This document shows, in pieces, positions 1 to 12,938 of a DNA stretch of 64,000 nt. The stretch spans positions 232,102 through 296,101 of the forward strand of contig JAQGDQ010000149.1 in NCBI GenBank assembly GCA_030141605.1, written 5' to 3'. Origin of the DNA: Tubiluchus corallicola (lineage: Eukaryota > Animalia > Priapulida). The notes beneath the pieces are model-generated. The model was not told the origin of the DNA and ran no database searches. It was given only the letters and a program-made list of their open reading frames with translations. The translations under genes and the position numbers were made by a program. The stretch's first letter is position 1. Every line of letters begins with the position of its first letter.

Positions 1-1619
1 TCTTTCATTCAGCTTTGTGGCGATGACGTTGGCTCAATTGATAACTAGAGAAAAAGTTTCCGAAAGTACCGACACTTCTTCCTTGTCCGTATTATTCAAA
101 TTATCTTGCTGCACGGCTTTACAATAACTGATTTAAGAACATTGCAAATGCTTTGTTGTTCCTACGTCTGCCACCGCAGTGAACTGAAATGATGTGGATT
201 TTCTGATTCAGGCGTTTGTATTATGGCTGTATGTACGAGCTTGCTAACTGCTCGCTGAATAATGCAAGTTCGTGGAATAAACGTTTTAGGGACTGCAATA
301 CGTATTAATGCAATGTCATTCACGAACAACTGACTTTCTCAAAATCAGTTTTTGTGAGGGATGTAAACGGTAAACAGAAATCATTAAAAAATGCCGAACA
401 CTAAGTACATTGCAAACACTTTTATACTGTAACGTACAATGTCTTTAAAAGTCATTGTTTATATAACTATTCCAATTGTCAATAAACGTCGATCTATTTG
501 GCTAACCTGAGCCGGCCAGTACCACTACAACGTAGTACTGCACGTCTAAGTTGTTTGCACTTCGTTTGAAATAAATAAAATTCACATTAACTAATGCAGC
601 TATATTTTTCGTCTTCTCTTCCGTGTTATAGGGATGTGCCGCTATCTGGCGACCAGTAATAAAAACGTAGTCTTATAGCTATACTAATATAATGCTGATA
701 TGGTGGACAAATTTAACACGTTGGTTATTCGATATCCGGCTTTGTAAAGCACGAACCGATATGTTTGCTGTGAGATTAAATTAACCACGGTTAATATTTA
801 ATTTGTACTGACATTTAGCAACTGTGTTTACGCATTTGCTTCTTATGTATTCATACGCGAAATTGCGCATTGCTTAATTGCCCTTTACTTTTAATAACTA
901 CTGTAATAAAGAATTAATAAGATTAGTTGTTCAGTATGTGGGATGAATATGCAATCGTGCTGAGAGTTTAATGAAGCAACTGAGAAAAATACGCAGACAT
1001 ATATAATGGAACAAATAAACGGAAGTAAACTAGTACAATTATGAGTACATGCGTGGTCAAAGTACATTCTCACAGTCCGTAGACTGTAAGAAACTAGAGC
1101 AAAATCGTATTTTTAACCCTTGCTTTTACAGTTAGTTGTATTTTAAAAAAATAGGTACATGACACTTAAAACTCAAAACAAAAGACAAAAGAAACAAACT
1201 ACAGCGTGAGCGAATGCAACCATATCCAACAGATAAAATAGGTAGCAACTGTAATGAAAATATTATTTATCACAGTTGCAGGTGTTATAATTAATTAACA
1301 TATTTGCTTTTATGTGTCATGAGCATACGCATGGTCATTATGAAAATGCCAAACAGCGGTGCATGTACACTGAGGCGCATTGCTTCTTTGTAGTGCTCTT
1401 TGCATTCCTAAGTATATTTTTATTAAAATTATTGGTTCTACATAAAATATATAGGAGATGTAAGTTGTATATTCTAGTTGTCTTTCACCTTGATGGTCCC
1501 TAGGGTTTAGGTCTGTTTCCTAGAAAAAGTATTTCCCAGAAAGATTTCTTGCCAGAAAAAAATCACTGTTACGTTTTTAATTGTAAGATTTGCTGTTTTA
1601 GTAGAGTAAAGCTTTCGAT

Positions 1620-1948
1620 TTCTCTTTTTCTCTTTACCTGTCCCTCCCTACCTACCTTATTACGAACTCCCTCTAACTCTCATCCTCACCTCTTCCTCTT
1701 TCCTTCCTTCCCTCCCTCCCGCTCTTTCTCCCTTGTTTTCCTGTCCCATCTCCTCTTCTTCGCTTCTTCATCTATTCCTCCTTCGTTTTTTCTATCTTTT
1801 CTCCTCCTTTTCTCAGTCCCTCTGTCTTACCCATCTCGTTCTCTTTCGCCCTCCTCTGGTTTCTCTTCTCCCATCTCTCCCTCCTTCCTCTTTCTCTCAC
1901 CCCCAATCCTTCTCTCTTCCTCTTTCGCTTTGTCTCTCTGCTTTCCTT
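1620..1948. repeat. Polypyrimidine (CT-rich) low-complexity tract
   Basis: About 330 nt strongly enriched in C/T on the + strand; explains the S/F/L/P-rich ORFs 1549..1983 and 1733..1951. Confidence 0.9.
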
Positions 1949-2536
1949 TAACTATTTACATTGCTTTTACTAATGACTATTAGAAAACAAAAATATTTTG
2001 TATTGAAACGTCGTTGATATATTTTCAAGTTGCTTTTAAATTGAAATTGATTTCTTAAAGTAATTTGCATCAAATCATTTGTCGCATATAATCATTTAAG
2101 ATTAATTGATTTTCATAAGATTAGCATTAAAGTTTAATAAACAATGTAGAAAAAGAAAATTCCGTGGCTGCGTGAATTGTCATAATATAAATACGATTTA
2201 TTTCGAATTATTGTAAATACAACACATTCATTCGGTTAGCTGTGTAAATAAATGAATAAATAAACAATGTCGGTTAGTAGTTAAAAAAACGTGCCTTTAC
2301 ACAAATAAAATTTGTCATTAACTAACTTACGTATGCGATATTGAGTTTGATTTTACATCACAGAATCACAAGTTATTCGCAACATAAATATTGTAGAATG
2401 TCATTAATTTGCAGCTTGTCTAAAAAGGAAAAGTCGCTTCTGGTTAAGTCATTTAAAACATCATTAACAAATGAAAGAGTGAAGCTTTGAGCCCACGTAA
2501 GCTCTCTAGCTTTCTTATATATGAATCTTTTAATTT

Positions 2537-4190
2537 TTAAATAATCACATTTTTGTAATTATCATTATATTTACATTTAATAAATTGCAGATTGTAACCC
2601 AATATTGGCTGCACAGAATATTGTGCATTTCTCGCAAGAAAGTTCTCAAGCGTATTACTGCTATTAATACACGAGACAAATAATTTTACAAATCTGATTT
2701 CAAATTGGGTACTCGGACGAAGCACACCCGATAAATGAGGTAACAAAAACCTATGAGTTTCGTATGGCAAATGCCAAAATTTACGTACATCTATGTTCCA
2801 GAAGGTATCAATGTTATTAATAAGAGTGTCTTCAAGCTTCCATATTTGCGAGATATGAAAGCTATGACAGTACAATCGAAATATTTTAGTCTTAATACAG
2901 CTATTAAGAAACGAGAAACAGCTATTAAGAAACGAGAAGTCACACATAACACTGTTTGCACGATAAATGAAATCTCCACGTTTACAGCATTATCCAACAA
3001 ATTAGATGTCAGAGTGGTACCAAGGTGCAGCTCTTTTTCGCAAAAAGACATCGATGTGTTATTGAGTTTTACTGTGGGATGTAAGTTGTGGGGAACATTC
3101 TTCTGCGATAGAAAATTATACATTTGCACTTTACTTTGTGACGACTTATGTTACGAAATCAATATCGTAAGTTCTGGCATACTCTTCACAAATTTTCAAC
3201 ATAGCCGAGAGAGCCGGTATATTCGGAGCCAACAGACTTAAATCGTCAGCATATGCGACACTGCCACAGCACCTGTTACCCACCATGCATCTAATTTTAG
3301 AATCCCGCAGTTTACATAATAGTAGATCTAAGTACACGCCAAATAAAATTAGGGACAAGACTGCACCCTGTCTTTCCCAGTTGGTACAAGTAAAAAAAAA
3401 TCTAGATTTGGTATTATGCCACGATAAACATATTTCGGCTGGTTCGTATACATATTTAATAAAAATTTGATTATATTAGCAGGAAGATTTTTCTGAAGAA
3501 AAAGTTTGAATGATTTACAGTAATTTACTTTATAGAATGCTTTAGAAGCGTCTAGTAAAACACAAAAAGCTATAGAGCCATTTCGCACGTAATATTTAGC
3601 GGCGGTTTATTTTAATGTCATGGTACATATAGTAGTGGATATCTTAGATTTAAATCCAAATTGTAAATCGGAAGTACACAATGCATTTTCATATTCAAAA
3701 AGAATTAGCCAATCGAATAGCTTTCCTATAGAAGACGACAAGGTTATGTCCCTATAGTTGCCTTTGTCTGACAAGTTACCACGGGTATCCTTTGGGATTG
3801 GTTTGATACAAGACGACGAAAGGTGTTCGGTAGAATAACTGTGGCCAATTATACAATTCACAAGCATACATAAGTGAGTGGATAATAAATGTGTACCTTG
3901 TATAATATGATCGGATGTAAAACCAGCACTTCCATCAGATTTACCAGGTTTTATATGTTTTACAGCGTTAATTATGTCTTGAACATTGAAATGACGAGTT
4001 TCACACGCTTCATTACGCAGTTTTGCATCTATATTTTGTTTCAAAGCCTGCATCTCATTAGAGTCGTAACCCGCAATATTATATAAGTGTTCATAATCAT
4101 TTGCAAATAAGTTAGCTATGAAATTGGGGTCATTTTGATTTTCTATACACACAGGTTTGCCACTTCGCGAGTTATTTGAAACAATATGGT
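2537..4190 (-). mobile_element. Degenerate 5'-truncated non-LTR retrotransposon (LINE) reverse transcriptase, clade not determined
   Basis: Consecutive minus-strand fragments give RT motifs in order: KPGKSDG, PIPK...NYRDITL, LQFGFK, LLDASKAF, YADDLSLLAP, HLG; broken by frameshifts and stops; contains a 21-bp tandem duplication at 2897-2938. Ends approximate. Confidence 0.92.
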
Positions 4191-4280
4191 TTGTGAAAGT
4201 CTTATGGCGCGTTCTGGCGTAGAGATTTCTTTCGCAACTTGTTGCATAACTTCTCTGTGGAGAGTAAACGGTTTGAACGG

Positions 4281-4378
4281 TTTGGCAACTTTCCTCGCAA
4301 CTTGTTCCAACGTGTGAACGGCTTGGAAAATTCTCTCGCAACTTATTTCAACGCGTGAATGACTTGGCAACTTCTCTC
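4281..4378. repeat. About 41-bp tandem repeat, 2.4 copies
   Basis: Unit ttggcaactt-ctcgcaacttgtt-caacgtgtgaa recurs at 4281, 4322 and 4363. Confidence 0.75.
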
Positions 4379-4917
4379 AGAGTTGTGTGAAGGCGCCATT
4401 ACGGTCTGAATTTGCCCAATAAATTATGTTCCTTCGCACGACTTTTTACAGATCTTTGGCGCATGGCAAGTCACTAGGCATCACTCAACAGCAGGACATA
4501 CTAGCGTTATCTTATGGCAGGACGAGATCGTAGTTCATTATCAAGATAATCCTCTGAGATGAAATACTGAACTGGCAGATATGTCACAGTCAGAGTCGGA
4601 TGCATGTAACAAAAACTAACCAAATAATTTGGCATTGCAGTGACGGAAACGGCCTAAAAGCGTGAGTCATAAGCAATCACCAAACCACATCACTTTCCAG
4701 GCTAGGCATTGCTTAACTACGGTAGCCTAGCATACACCGCTAACACTCAGCTATATTTCACTCTCCTCAAGGTGAACAAATATGCCAAATTTCGTCCAGC
4801 AAAATCTGTATCTTTAGCTTTACAATCTATTCCTTTTCTACACTACCAAGTTTCATCCAGACTGAAACGAAATTTAATTCAATTTTGATCTGTCACGACA
4901 ACAGCAACAGCGTTTGG

Positions 4918-4967
4918 AGCAGCAGCAGCAGCAGCAGCAACAACAACAACAACAATAACAATAACAA
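4918..4967. repeat. (CAG)n(CAA)n microsatellite
   Basis: Direct reading. Confidence 0.9.
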
Positions 4968-5839
4968 ATAAGCAATTCTGTGGCTGTTAGTAGCTAATTT
5001 ACACTGAAGCCAATACTCCACAGTGGTTGTCAGTATTGTACTACCATATGTATGCAAAGATCATCACGTTATGCTATTTAATGTCGTTTTGATGTTGCAA
5101 ATTTACTTTTTTGCCTTAACGAGTTGACCAGAATTTTCTATTGTATAATATCTACCTGCGCATTAAAAAAGGTTTATTACATTTTATGTGCTTTTTACTT
5201 TCTATAAAATGATTGTTATAGGAAAAATCTTTTCTTCTGGCAAAGAAAATAGCTCTTTTTGAAAACGAGTATTCCTCGTTATCATACGTCTAAATTTAAT
5301 GTCACAAATGTGTTTTACTTTTGTGTAAAACTTATTATTGCCTAGAACATGTATCACCTATAACCTGTGCTTCTGCTCTGTATCTGTACCTACCAAAATT
5401 ATAGATGTACATTGACAATTTACTATTATAATTTTTTCACATATTGTATTTGTATATCCTAAAGTTGGCTGTATACTTTGTAAATTGATACAACGTCAGT
5501 GGAGGTGTTTTTTCCAAATTGATCCAGCTCGAGGCACAGAGAGCAAAAAGTTATTTATCTGATAAAAAATTGACAGAAAAGTATTCTATAATATAGTTAT
5601 TGTATTGAGTTTACTGATGTACGTTGCATTATGGTTTGTCCCTTGATGATGTACCACCATCTGTGTCCAAGTGTGAATCTAGCAACAGTTGACTCAAGCT
5701 GCTTCCTCATCGATATAATATAATACTCAAGGAAACTTTTCTCATCAAACATTTGCTGTTGAAACGTCTATCTCTACTTTGCGAAGAGGATAGGCAATTT
5801 CCGTTGTTAAGAAAGTGATGAGACGTAAAGTTTGCAGTG

Positions 5840-5970
5840 ACTAACCAATACGCAGCCACTCCTCATGTAGTTTAATTTATAAAAGCCTGTATTAAATCGA
5901 TAATTATACGTTTTCACAAGTTGGCTGATGTGGCTATTGAATTTTGTGATACGTTAGCAAATTCATTCTC
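5840..5970 (+). promoter_or_regulatory. Putative core promoter (CCAAT box plus initiator-like element)
   Basis: CCAAT 5845-5849, TCATTC 5963-5968, followed by ATG mini-exon at 6128. Confidence 0.35.
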
Positions 5971-6127
5971 GTTCGGTAGTGATAGACATTGAATTGTTTG
6001 CAAATTACGATATCGCGCGATATTATTGAGAATTTCGATCAGTTTGAATAAAAGTTGATTTTTATGCTCTTTTTTATTTCATTATTGCGACGATAATTGG
6101 CATCAAGCAAGTCATTTTGTGTTACAA

Positions 6128-6154
6128 ATGGAGAAATTGACAGGTCAACTTAAG
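6128..6154 (+). CDS. Candidate first coding exon (MEKLTGQLK) splicing to core exon A
   Basis: acaaATG context; AAG|gtaatg donor in phase 0; CCAAT at 5845 and initiator-like TCATTC at 5963 upstream. Confidence 0.55.
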
Positions 6155-7134
6155 GTAATGCTGTCCCGTTTTTAAAACAGATTTTCACAGTTTTTGAATA
6201 TGCGTTTATACAATTGTTATTTATATATTATTTAAAAGACGAGTAGAACTTGAGACAGTGAACTTAATCTACAAGCTGTCCAGGTTGTGAGACTACTTTC
6301 TGCTTAGGCTGGGAAAATACCGAGTTTTTTTGCATCATTCGACAGATTTAAAGTGTTCTTTTTAAGTTTGGCTGTGTTTATACTTTTTACAAACTGTGTG
6401 GCAAATTTATTCGCAGTGCAATCTACGAATGACTGCATACATAAGCAGATGACGAGCTGTCGTAGGACTTATGCTCGTGCACGCAAGATGTCCATCGTTA
6501 ATTTTTTGTCCTAGACATAAATTATTTTTCAATTGATTGTGGATTGTTGTGTAGGTCTACACATTTTAAAGGCAACACAGGAATTTTTTGTCTAGATACC
6601 TATATGATTACGCTATTAACTGTTCTTCCAAATTTGTTTAAACTGGTGAATAAAGGAGCTATAACCAAATCAAAGAGGTGACCTTTAGGATTTTCTCTAA
6701 TGCACTGCTGATGAGGTTGAAAGCTCTGCACAACTTCATCAGTTAAGGTTCTATTCACGCCGTCACGTACGTAATAATAGACCATACACACATTACATAG
6801 ACGTATATAAGCCTGGAGCTACGGTCTTTGTAGAGTCTGTCGACAGCGATCGCGAGCAGTACAAGTTACAGTCTATTTCTTTTACTTACAGTTCAGTACA
6901 TTCTAGCTTACGTATTTAGTGGAGATTACCTGGCTCCTTGTAAAACGCAGGAATATATTCGAGGAAGTAATTTTCAAGTTAACCTTAAACCAAGCAACTA
7001 AACATTATATCGTTACCTTGGGTACCTGTCTGAGTGACCAGAGCGGAAGTAATAAATCTATTACCACTTGTACCATTGTACCACGCTGATTCTGTTGCAT
7101 AGCTACGTGGCTTCTTATGATAGTTTTAAAAGAA

Positions 7135-7210
7135 ATCGATTGGCTGAGTGATTGGTTCTTATCGTCACCCCGTTGTGATATAACTGTCTGTTGACTGAAG
7201 CCAGTTCGCT
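7135..7210 (+). promoter_or_regulatory. Putative promoter (double inverted CCAAT)
   Basis: gATTGGctgagtgATTGGtt at 7138-7157; CCAGTT at 7201. Confidence 0.35.
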
Positions 7211-7672
7211 GGCTGTCAGCTGTTTAAACGTTGTTATAATTTTACCAAATTTTCAGCTTCTTTTTTATTTACTGTGAAGTTTGCTGGCGTTGTGCCATTT
7301 AAATTTCTTGTGGTGAGGGAGGGCTTCCCCATTCGTCGCCGTATTCTCGCGAGACTCGGCTAATAAAATGTGAAATCAGTTTATACTGCTTTTATTACGC
7401 ATATAATGCAAGACTGTTTATCGACAAAATTGCTTAATTAGTGTAAAAATGACATTTCGTGACCAACGGAAAAGTGTGCGATAACAATTAACTTCGGGAA
7501 AAAGTTTATAGAAACCTATTAACAGGCTTAATAAGTTTCATTAGGTAGAAGCAAGACGAATTTGTTGCAGTAAAAAATTCTATTGTGTTGAAGCTTAGAC
7601 GACTTGAACGTTTTACCGACTGCACCAGTATAACATTTTACGCATATATATTGTGTAGAAAGCAATATACTG

Positions 7673-7705
7673 ATGACGAGTGCTTTGAACTGTTGTGTGG
7701 GGAAG
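7673..7705 (+). CDS. Candidate alternative first coding exon (MTSALNCCVGK)
   Basis: AAG|gtaggg donor in phase 0; two inverted CCAAT boxes (ATTGG 7139, 7151) and CCAGTT at 7201 upstream. Confidence 0.45.
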
Positions 7706-8224
7706 GTAGGGTGATTCTATATCTAGCATTTTTTTAAATATAAGCTAGTTGTTTCTGCAAAATACGTAAGAGTTCTACTCTCCACAAATCTCCCTATATG
7801 TTATGTGTATTACGAATCCTTGTGTCTATTTCCATTTGCTGTAAGCAACGTTTTATATAAGTATATGTTGAAGAGTGTTAAACTGTCATTTTTTTTATAT
7901 TTCGCTTAAAATTAAGTCCTGACCAAATTTTTAGCCAGTTCATTTTATTTGAATTAGTAAAATATGTCGATGTGAAGCTTGCATGATGCCTGCATGAATA
8001 AAATGAATGTTATATAATTTGCTAATTTCACTCATGAGCTGAAAGCCTTTTAGTGAATTCCACGTCTAATAACGGTTAATGATACAGATATTATATTAAA
8101 ACATTCGATAAGCGAAGTAATTTCTGTTGTATTTGCAAATTGTTTTCCATTGCTCATAATAAACATTTATGTTATTAAAAGAGAAGCAATAAAGAATAAA
8201 CCCATTACAGTATTATGAATGTTT

Positions 8225-8390
8225 TACTATTGGTATTGGTATTGGTATTGGTAGTGATTAGTAATGATGATGTTTATAATGATGAGAATGATGACGCTGA
8301 TAGCGATAATGATGACAATAATGACGAAGACAACGATGTTAATGACGACGACGACGGTAATGATGTTGATGATGATGATGATCATGATCA
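8225..8390. repeat. GAT/GAC-rich degenerate trinucleotide repeat
   Basis: Direct reading; explains the poly-Asp ORF 8215..8412. Confidence 0.85.
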
Positions 8391-11300
8391 GTTAGATTCA
8401 ACCGAGTCTTGAGTTCAAGAGTACTAGATCGATAACACGTGTCTTTGATCTGCCGAAATGGGAAAGGACAATCGTTATTAGACAAACACAAACCACTTTA
8501 TTTCGTTTCGTGAGAGTCTGTGCGATGAAAACTTTGGTATTTTAGCTTGCACTTGTCAAACATTCCGGTGTTTCAGTGTCACTAATGTGGTTCACATTAG
8601 ACACGTATTGTCATAAATATTTTGCATAGTATAGTAACTATATAGTTTTTCATTTGAAAGTATCTCCGCCATGGTAACAATTAAAGATACCTAAAACTGG
8701 ATAGATGATTAGATCACAAAAATTAAAATTACCTACCTTTATCAATGAGAAGAAAAGTAAAGGCAGAGTCAAAAAGAAAACTAAAGATTTTAACCTGATC
8801 TATAATAACCAGACGTCAACTCTTGCTATATTTAGTATAGGATATGTAGTATAAACGCTCTTACAACTAAGAAAGACAGATTCGTTAAAAAGAAGCTCGG
8901 CAATGTACAAATGATTTAGCAATAGTAGCTTTCAGCCGACCAGGTAAATTCTACCTTTACAGTTAACCTCTGAAGGGGCGCCACATTGCCGCGCAGCAGT
9001 TGTGAATTTTATTTTTGCCTTTATGTAACGAAAAACAATTTCGATATTGACAAGTAATAAATGCAGGTAACGGCGTTAGACATTATTGTTTATTTAAACG
9101 ATTTTGCTCGTTTTCTGCTACCCCATTCTTTGCGGCAAAGTGCACGTTGCACAATATTGCTATGGATTTCCTATATAGCAGTCGGAAATTACAGTAACCG
9201 CTCTGTGTACATGAGTTGTTAGTAGAGTTCACTCTTAACAAATGTTCTTTTCCCGGAATGGCCACAATTTGTAAACGTGTAAATGAGAGCTGTTGCATTT
9301 TCATTGATTATTCACTCTTTTTTGTACAAGATGATTCGATAGTTCCAACTATAGCTGATAGACGGTTTTTGAATTTATAACAATTTATGGTACAGTTCTA
9401 TTGCATCTTCTTGATCTTTTTGCGCAGGTTTAATCTTATTTGATTATTGTCTTTATCAGAATGTGTGATTTTTGTGACACTGTTAGCGATATGAGTTGAG
9501 TGTATATAAATTTCACATGCTAATTCCAGATGGGATTCTGTGACTTTGCTAAATTTGCACACAACTTACGTTGGAAATTTCTTTGTTATTTGGAATATAC
9601 TTGCCCACAAAAATTTAATTAGATGGTGTCATAAAGTCTTTCAAAAAGGAACTAAATATCATACTACAAGTACTTTCTGAATCTGAAGTAGAATGTACAA
9701 GATCAATTGAGTCAGCATCACAACAAATAGAATGAAAAATGAAACACTGTAGTGGTCGGACATGCTAAGAACTCGGTTAATGATGTGTCCCCTTAAATTC
9801 ACCATGTTGACCTCATCAAAAGAGTCTTACACACTTGGCTGATTGTCGAAGAAGGATTAGTCGGTCATGGATTACTTGTAAGGTGGATTGGCCCACTGTT
9901 GTCCACTGCATGACTCAAGTGGCCCCAGGTAAAATTGTATGTTTCGTTGTTTTGTTTGCAGAAAATGCTGTTAGAAGTCATGAAGAGGTTACATTTTTAA
10001 TATTAGACGTTTTGTTGTTATTTTTAAAGAGGGTTCGAACTCAAGTTATTTATAAATATTAAAAATTTGAACCTATTATTTTATATAGTTGGTAAGATGA
10101 GCCTGTAATAAATGTATCGATCAGCCGAGATCACAAGTTTTGAGAAAAAATAATTATTAATTTTAAACATAATGATACTTTACAAAACCCAAGACATGCA
10201 TACGCCCAAGCTGAATTGAGACCGTACAAGAAGTCAAAATAATATTTCATTAAAAATCAAAATAGCGTTTCGTTAAAAATTGTTAGCAAAATCCATATAA
10301 ACACGTGTATACAAACTACAATATAATTACACTTCTCGTGTAATATTAGAAAGTTCAGTTGGTTCAACAACCGGGGCTCGTTTTCCGTCTGCGTCAACAC
10401 TGTCTAGTGTAAGTCTGAGATTTGGGCTAAGTGGTACTTTGGTCGGAAGGATTTGCTTTTAGTAAAGCTCCATCCCACTTGCGAAGCCTTCAGTAACTGT
10501 ACGTAAGAATGAAAACCGCCCGATGATGGTATCAAACGTACTTTCGATATGTGATAAATGGTAACATGATAAGTACATGTTTATTATCAGTAGCTATCAG
10601 TGATTATTGACTAAATTAGCTGTGGAAGTAAGTCATATGTGCACCAGGAATGAGCTTAAGAATGTTCATTCGGAGAGTATAAAACAATACCCTACACAGA
10701 ATGCTAAACCGATGTCAAAAATTGTGTGGAGTGTAAACCACAAAATTTAATATAGTCATCTAGATATCGCGATGTAATGCATGAAATGGGAAAATTTATT
10801 AAAAACAAATACAAGATTTATTCTGGTTCTTGCAGAAGAAAGTTCAAAATTCAACCAGCTGAAGAAATACCAAAACAAGTCTGCCATATTGAAAGTATCT
10901 GAACGTAGCCAAATACACTTTACTTTTATGACACATTATTGGAAGATTCAGACGTAACTGTGTTTATTTCGGTCTGCATCAAGTTATATTTGGCTTTGCT
11001 TCCAGATTCGATTCATCTGTCGCTGCTTCAATCTTTCTACAGTTCAAATCCAGGATTAGCCGGGATTTCATAAACTAACAAAAACATGAACCATTTGGCG
11101 AAGTGTTCATTTGGTAAAAAGGCAAACGTACTGTGTTCGTTGAACTGTTTAACTTGCGAGTCATGTTGTCAATGTGGCCTAAGTTGACCAATGTGTTCCC
11201 TACAAAGCTTCCAAATGGGACAAATTAAAGACTCACCCTAAGTTAAGCTGGTGATTTGAACTTTAAAATCATTGCTTGACGATCACCATATCAGGACTAT

Positions 11301-12869
11301 GTTAAAGAAACATTAAGACCTTTGTATTGATTTCGTGCCCCTTTCTGAGGCTAATTGGCTTCTGTAGATGACAGAAGCGCTATAGAACCTCTGTCAAAAT
11401 TATCCCAAAAAGTCTATTGAGTACCTTTAAAAATCACCTATATTCGAGCTTGGACAGACTAATGTTACTTTTCTGTCATCCATAGACTTCTATGCGTCTT
11501 TTTACAGAAATTAGGTGGACAGAAGCACAAAAATTACATCAAACTGAAACCATATCAGTGTGTTTCTGTTCTATTCAGCCCGAATGACATTCGAGTAATT
11601 ATCGTTTCCTTCAGCGAATAAGATGTTCTCTGGCTCCATTTTCATTGCAGACGCGTATAACGAATTTGCGAAATGACATTCAGAGATTTTCCTATTGCAA
11701 AGCACACATTTAGTGGTGTGTAAATGTTATACTCATAATCGCTGACTAGTTTTTCCATTCATCGACAAGGGTTTTTTTTAGCAAAAGGCGCTCTCACTTA
11801 GCAAAGGGCGGTCTCATTTTGAACGAAAAATGCCATCATCCGGTTATAGTGGAATATTTCTCCCGTCAGGTGCTTGTGCGAACTTCTTTTGCAGCTGCGG
11901 TTACTAATACAAACAATGTAAAACGTTAAACCAGAAATTATTAACACTATTTTTTGTTTTTTTGATGAATTTTGTTGCCCATTATGTAATGAAAACCTGT
12001 TACCGATGATAATATAATAATCTCCAACTCGTCTATAGTTGGCGCCGACAAAGTAACAAAATCATTATTTTAACAAACTAAAATTGAACTCTATAAGCTA
12101 AGTAGGCCTAAACCCTCGGCACCTTTTGTGTGCTCGCAGCTTCGCAGTATTCCATGCTTATTTGCAATTATATTGTGTGGTACATATGCATTTTGAGGTA
12201 TTATTCTGTGAATTAAAGCTAGTTAGGCACTTGAAAATTATTGCAAGTTGATCCGACGACTAATTTTCACATAAACAGTTAAACACAAAATTTAGTCAGC
12301 TAGAATAGCGGAATTTCCGAGCGAACAGCGGAAGCTTTGCTAAGCGTGCCCACGTGGTCCACTAGCTACGTCATTTTTTTTCACGCAGCGAGGTCGTTTG
12401 GCGGTAGATGCGAATGATTAAATTTCTTTTGTATTTTTAAGAAGACAGTTTATGTCCGTATATTGTGTGGTAATTTCAATATCTTTAAGTGTATATAAAA
12501 GTACATTGTTGTTCGATGGTTGGTTTTTCCTTTATCTTGACGAGGTTTCTTTTTTGTAACGTAAGCCTACGTATTATGGTGTGTACTAAATGACACGGTT
12601 TATGCCTAGTAATTGTGTACTCGCACCAGCACCACTAAAAACTTGCAACACTTGCCAAAACGTTAATTTGCATAAAACTTTGTGCATAAAACTGCAAACG
12701 TTTAATCGATTAATTACAGTATTTAATATCATCAGTTAAGGACAGATCGAACCCCTATTTCTTAAACTTTTTGAAATTGAACTCAGCTGAAAAGAAGAAA
12801 CCGAGAAGTCGAGCACGGTGTGAATTTGAACAAACAAGCGACCTGCATAGTTTTTTGTGATCAAATAAT

Positions 12870-12938
12870 TCAGTATTCAGTTGGTCATGGCGGTGGATTT
12901 GTAATCCAAAGGTCACTTCTTCAAATCCTGTGCCACTA
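12870..12938 (+). repeat. Degenerate tRNA-like sequence (probable SINE head or tRNA pseudogene)
   Basis: tcagttggt D-loop-like; gtgga-tttgtaa-tccaa anticodon-arm-like (TGT); aggtc variable loop; ttcaaatcc T-loop; T-stem and acceptor stem broken. Confidence 0.5.

Noticed and set aside
1549-1983. 144-aa hydrophobic ORF
   Set aside because: Translation of the CT-rich tract, non-ATG start, no domain
2753-3241. 162-aa + strand ORF
   Set aside because: Antisense shadow of the LINE RT relic
8215-8412. Signal-peptide-like plus poly-Asp ORF that resembles a biomineral protein
   Set aside because: Built from (TTGGTA)n and (GAT)n simple repeats; similar GAT tracts occur at 27205 and 63800 without ORFs
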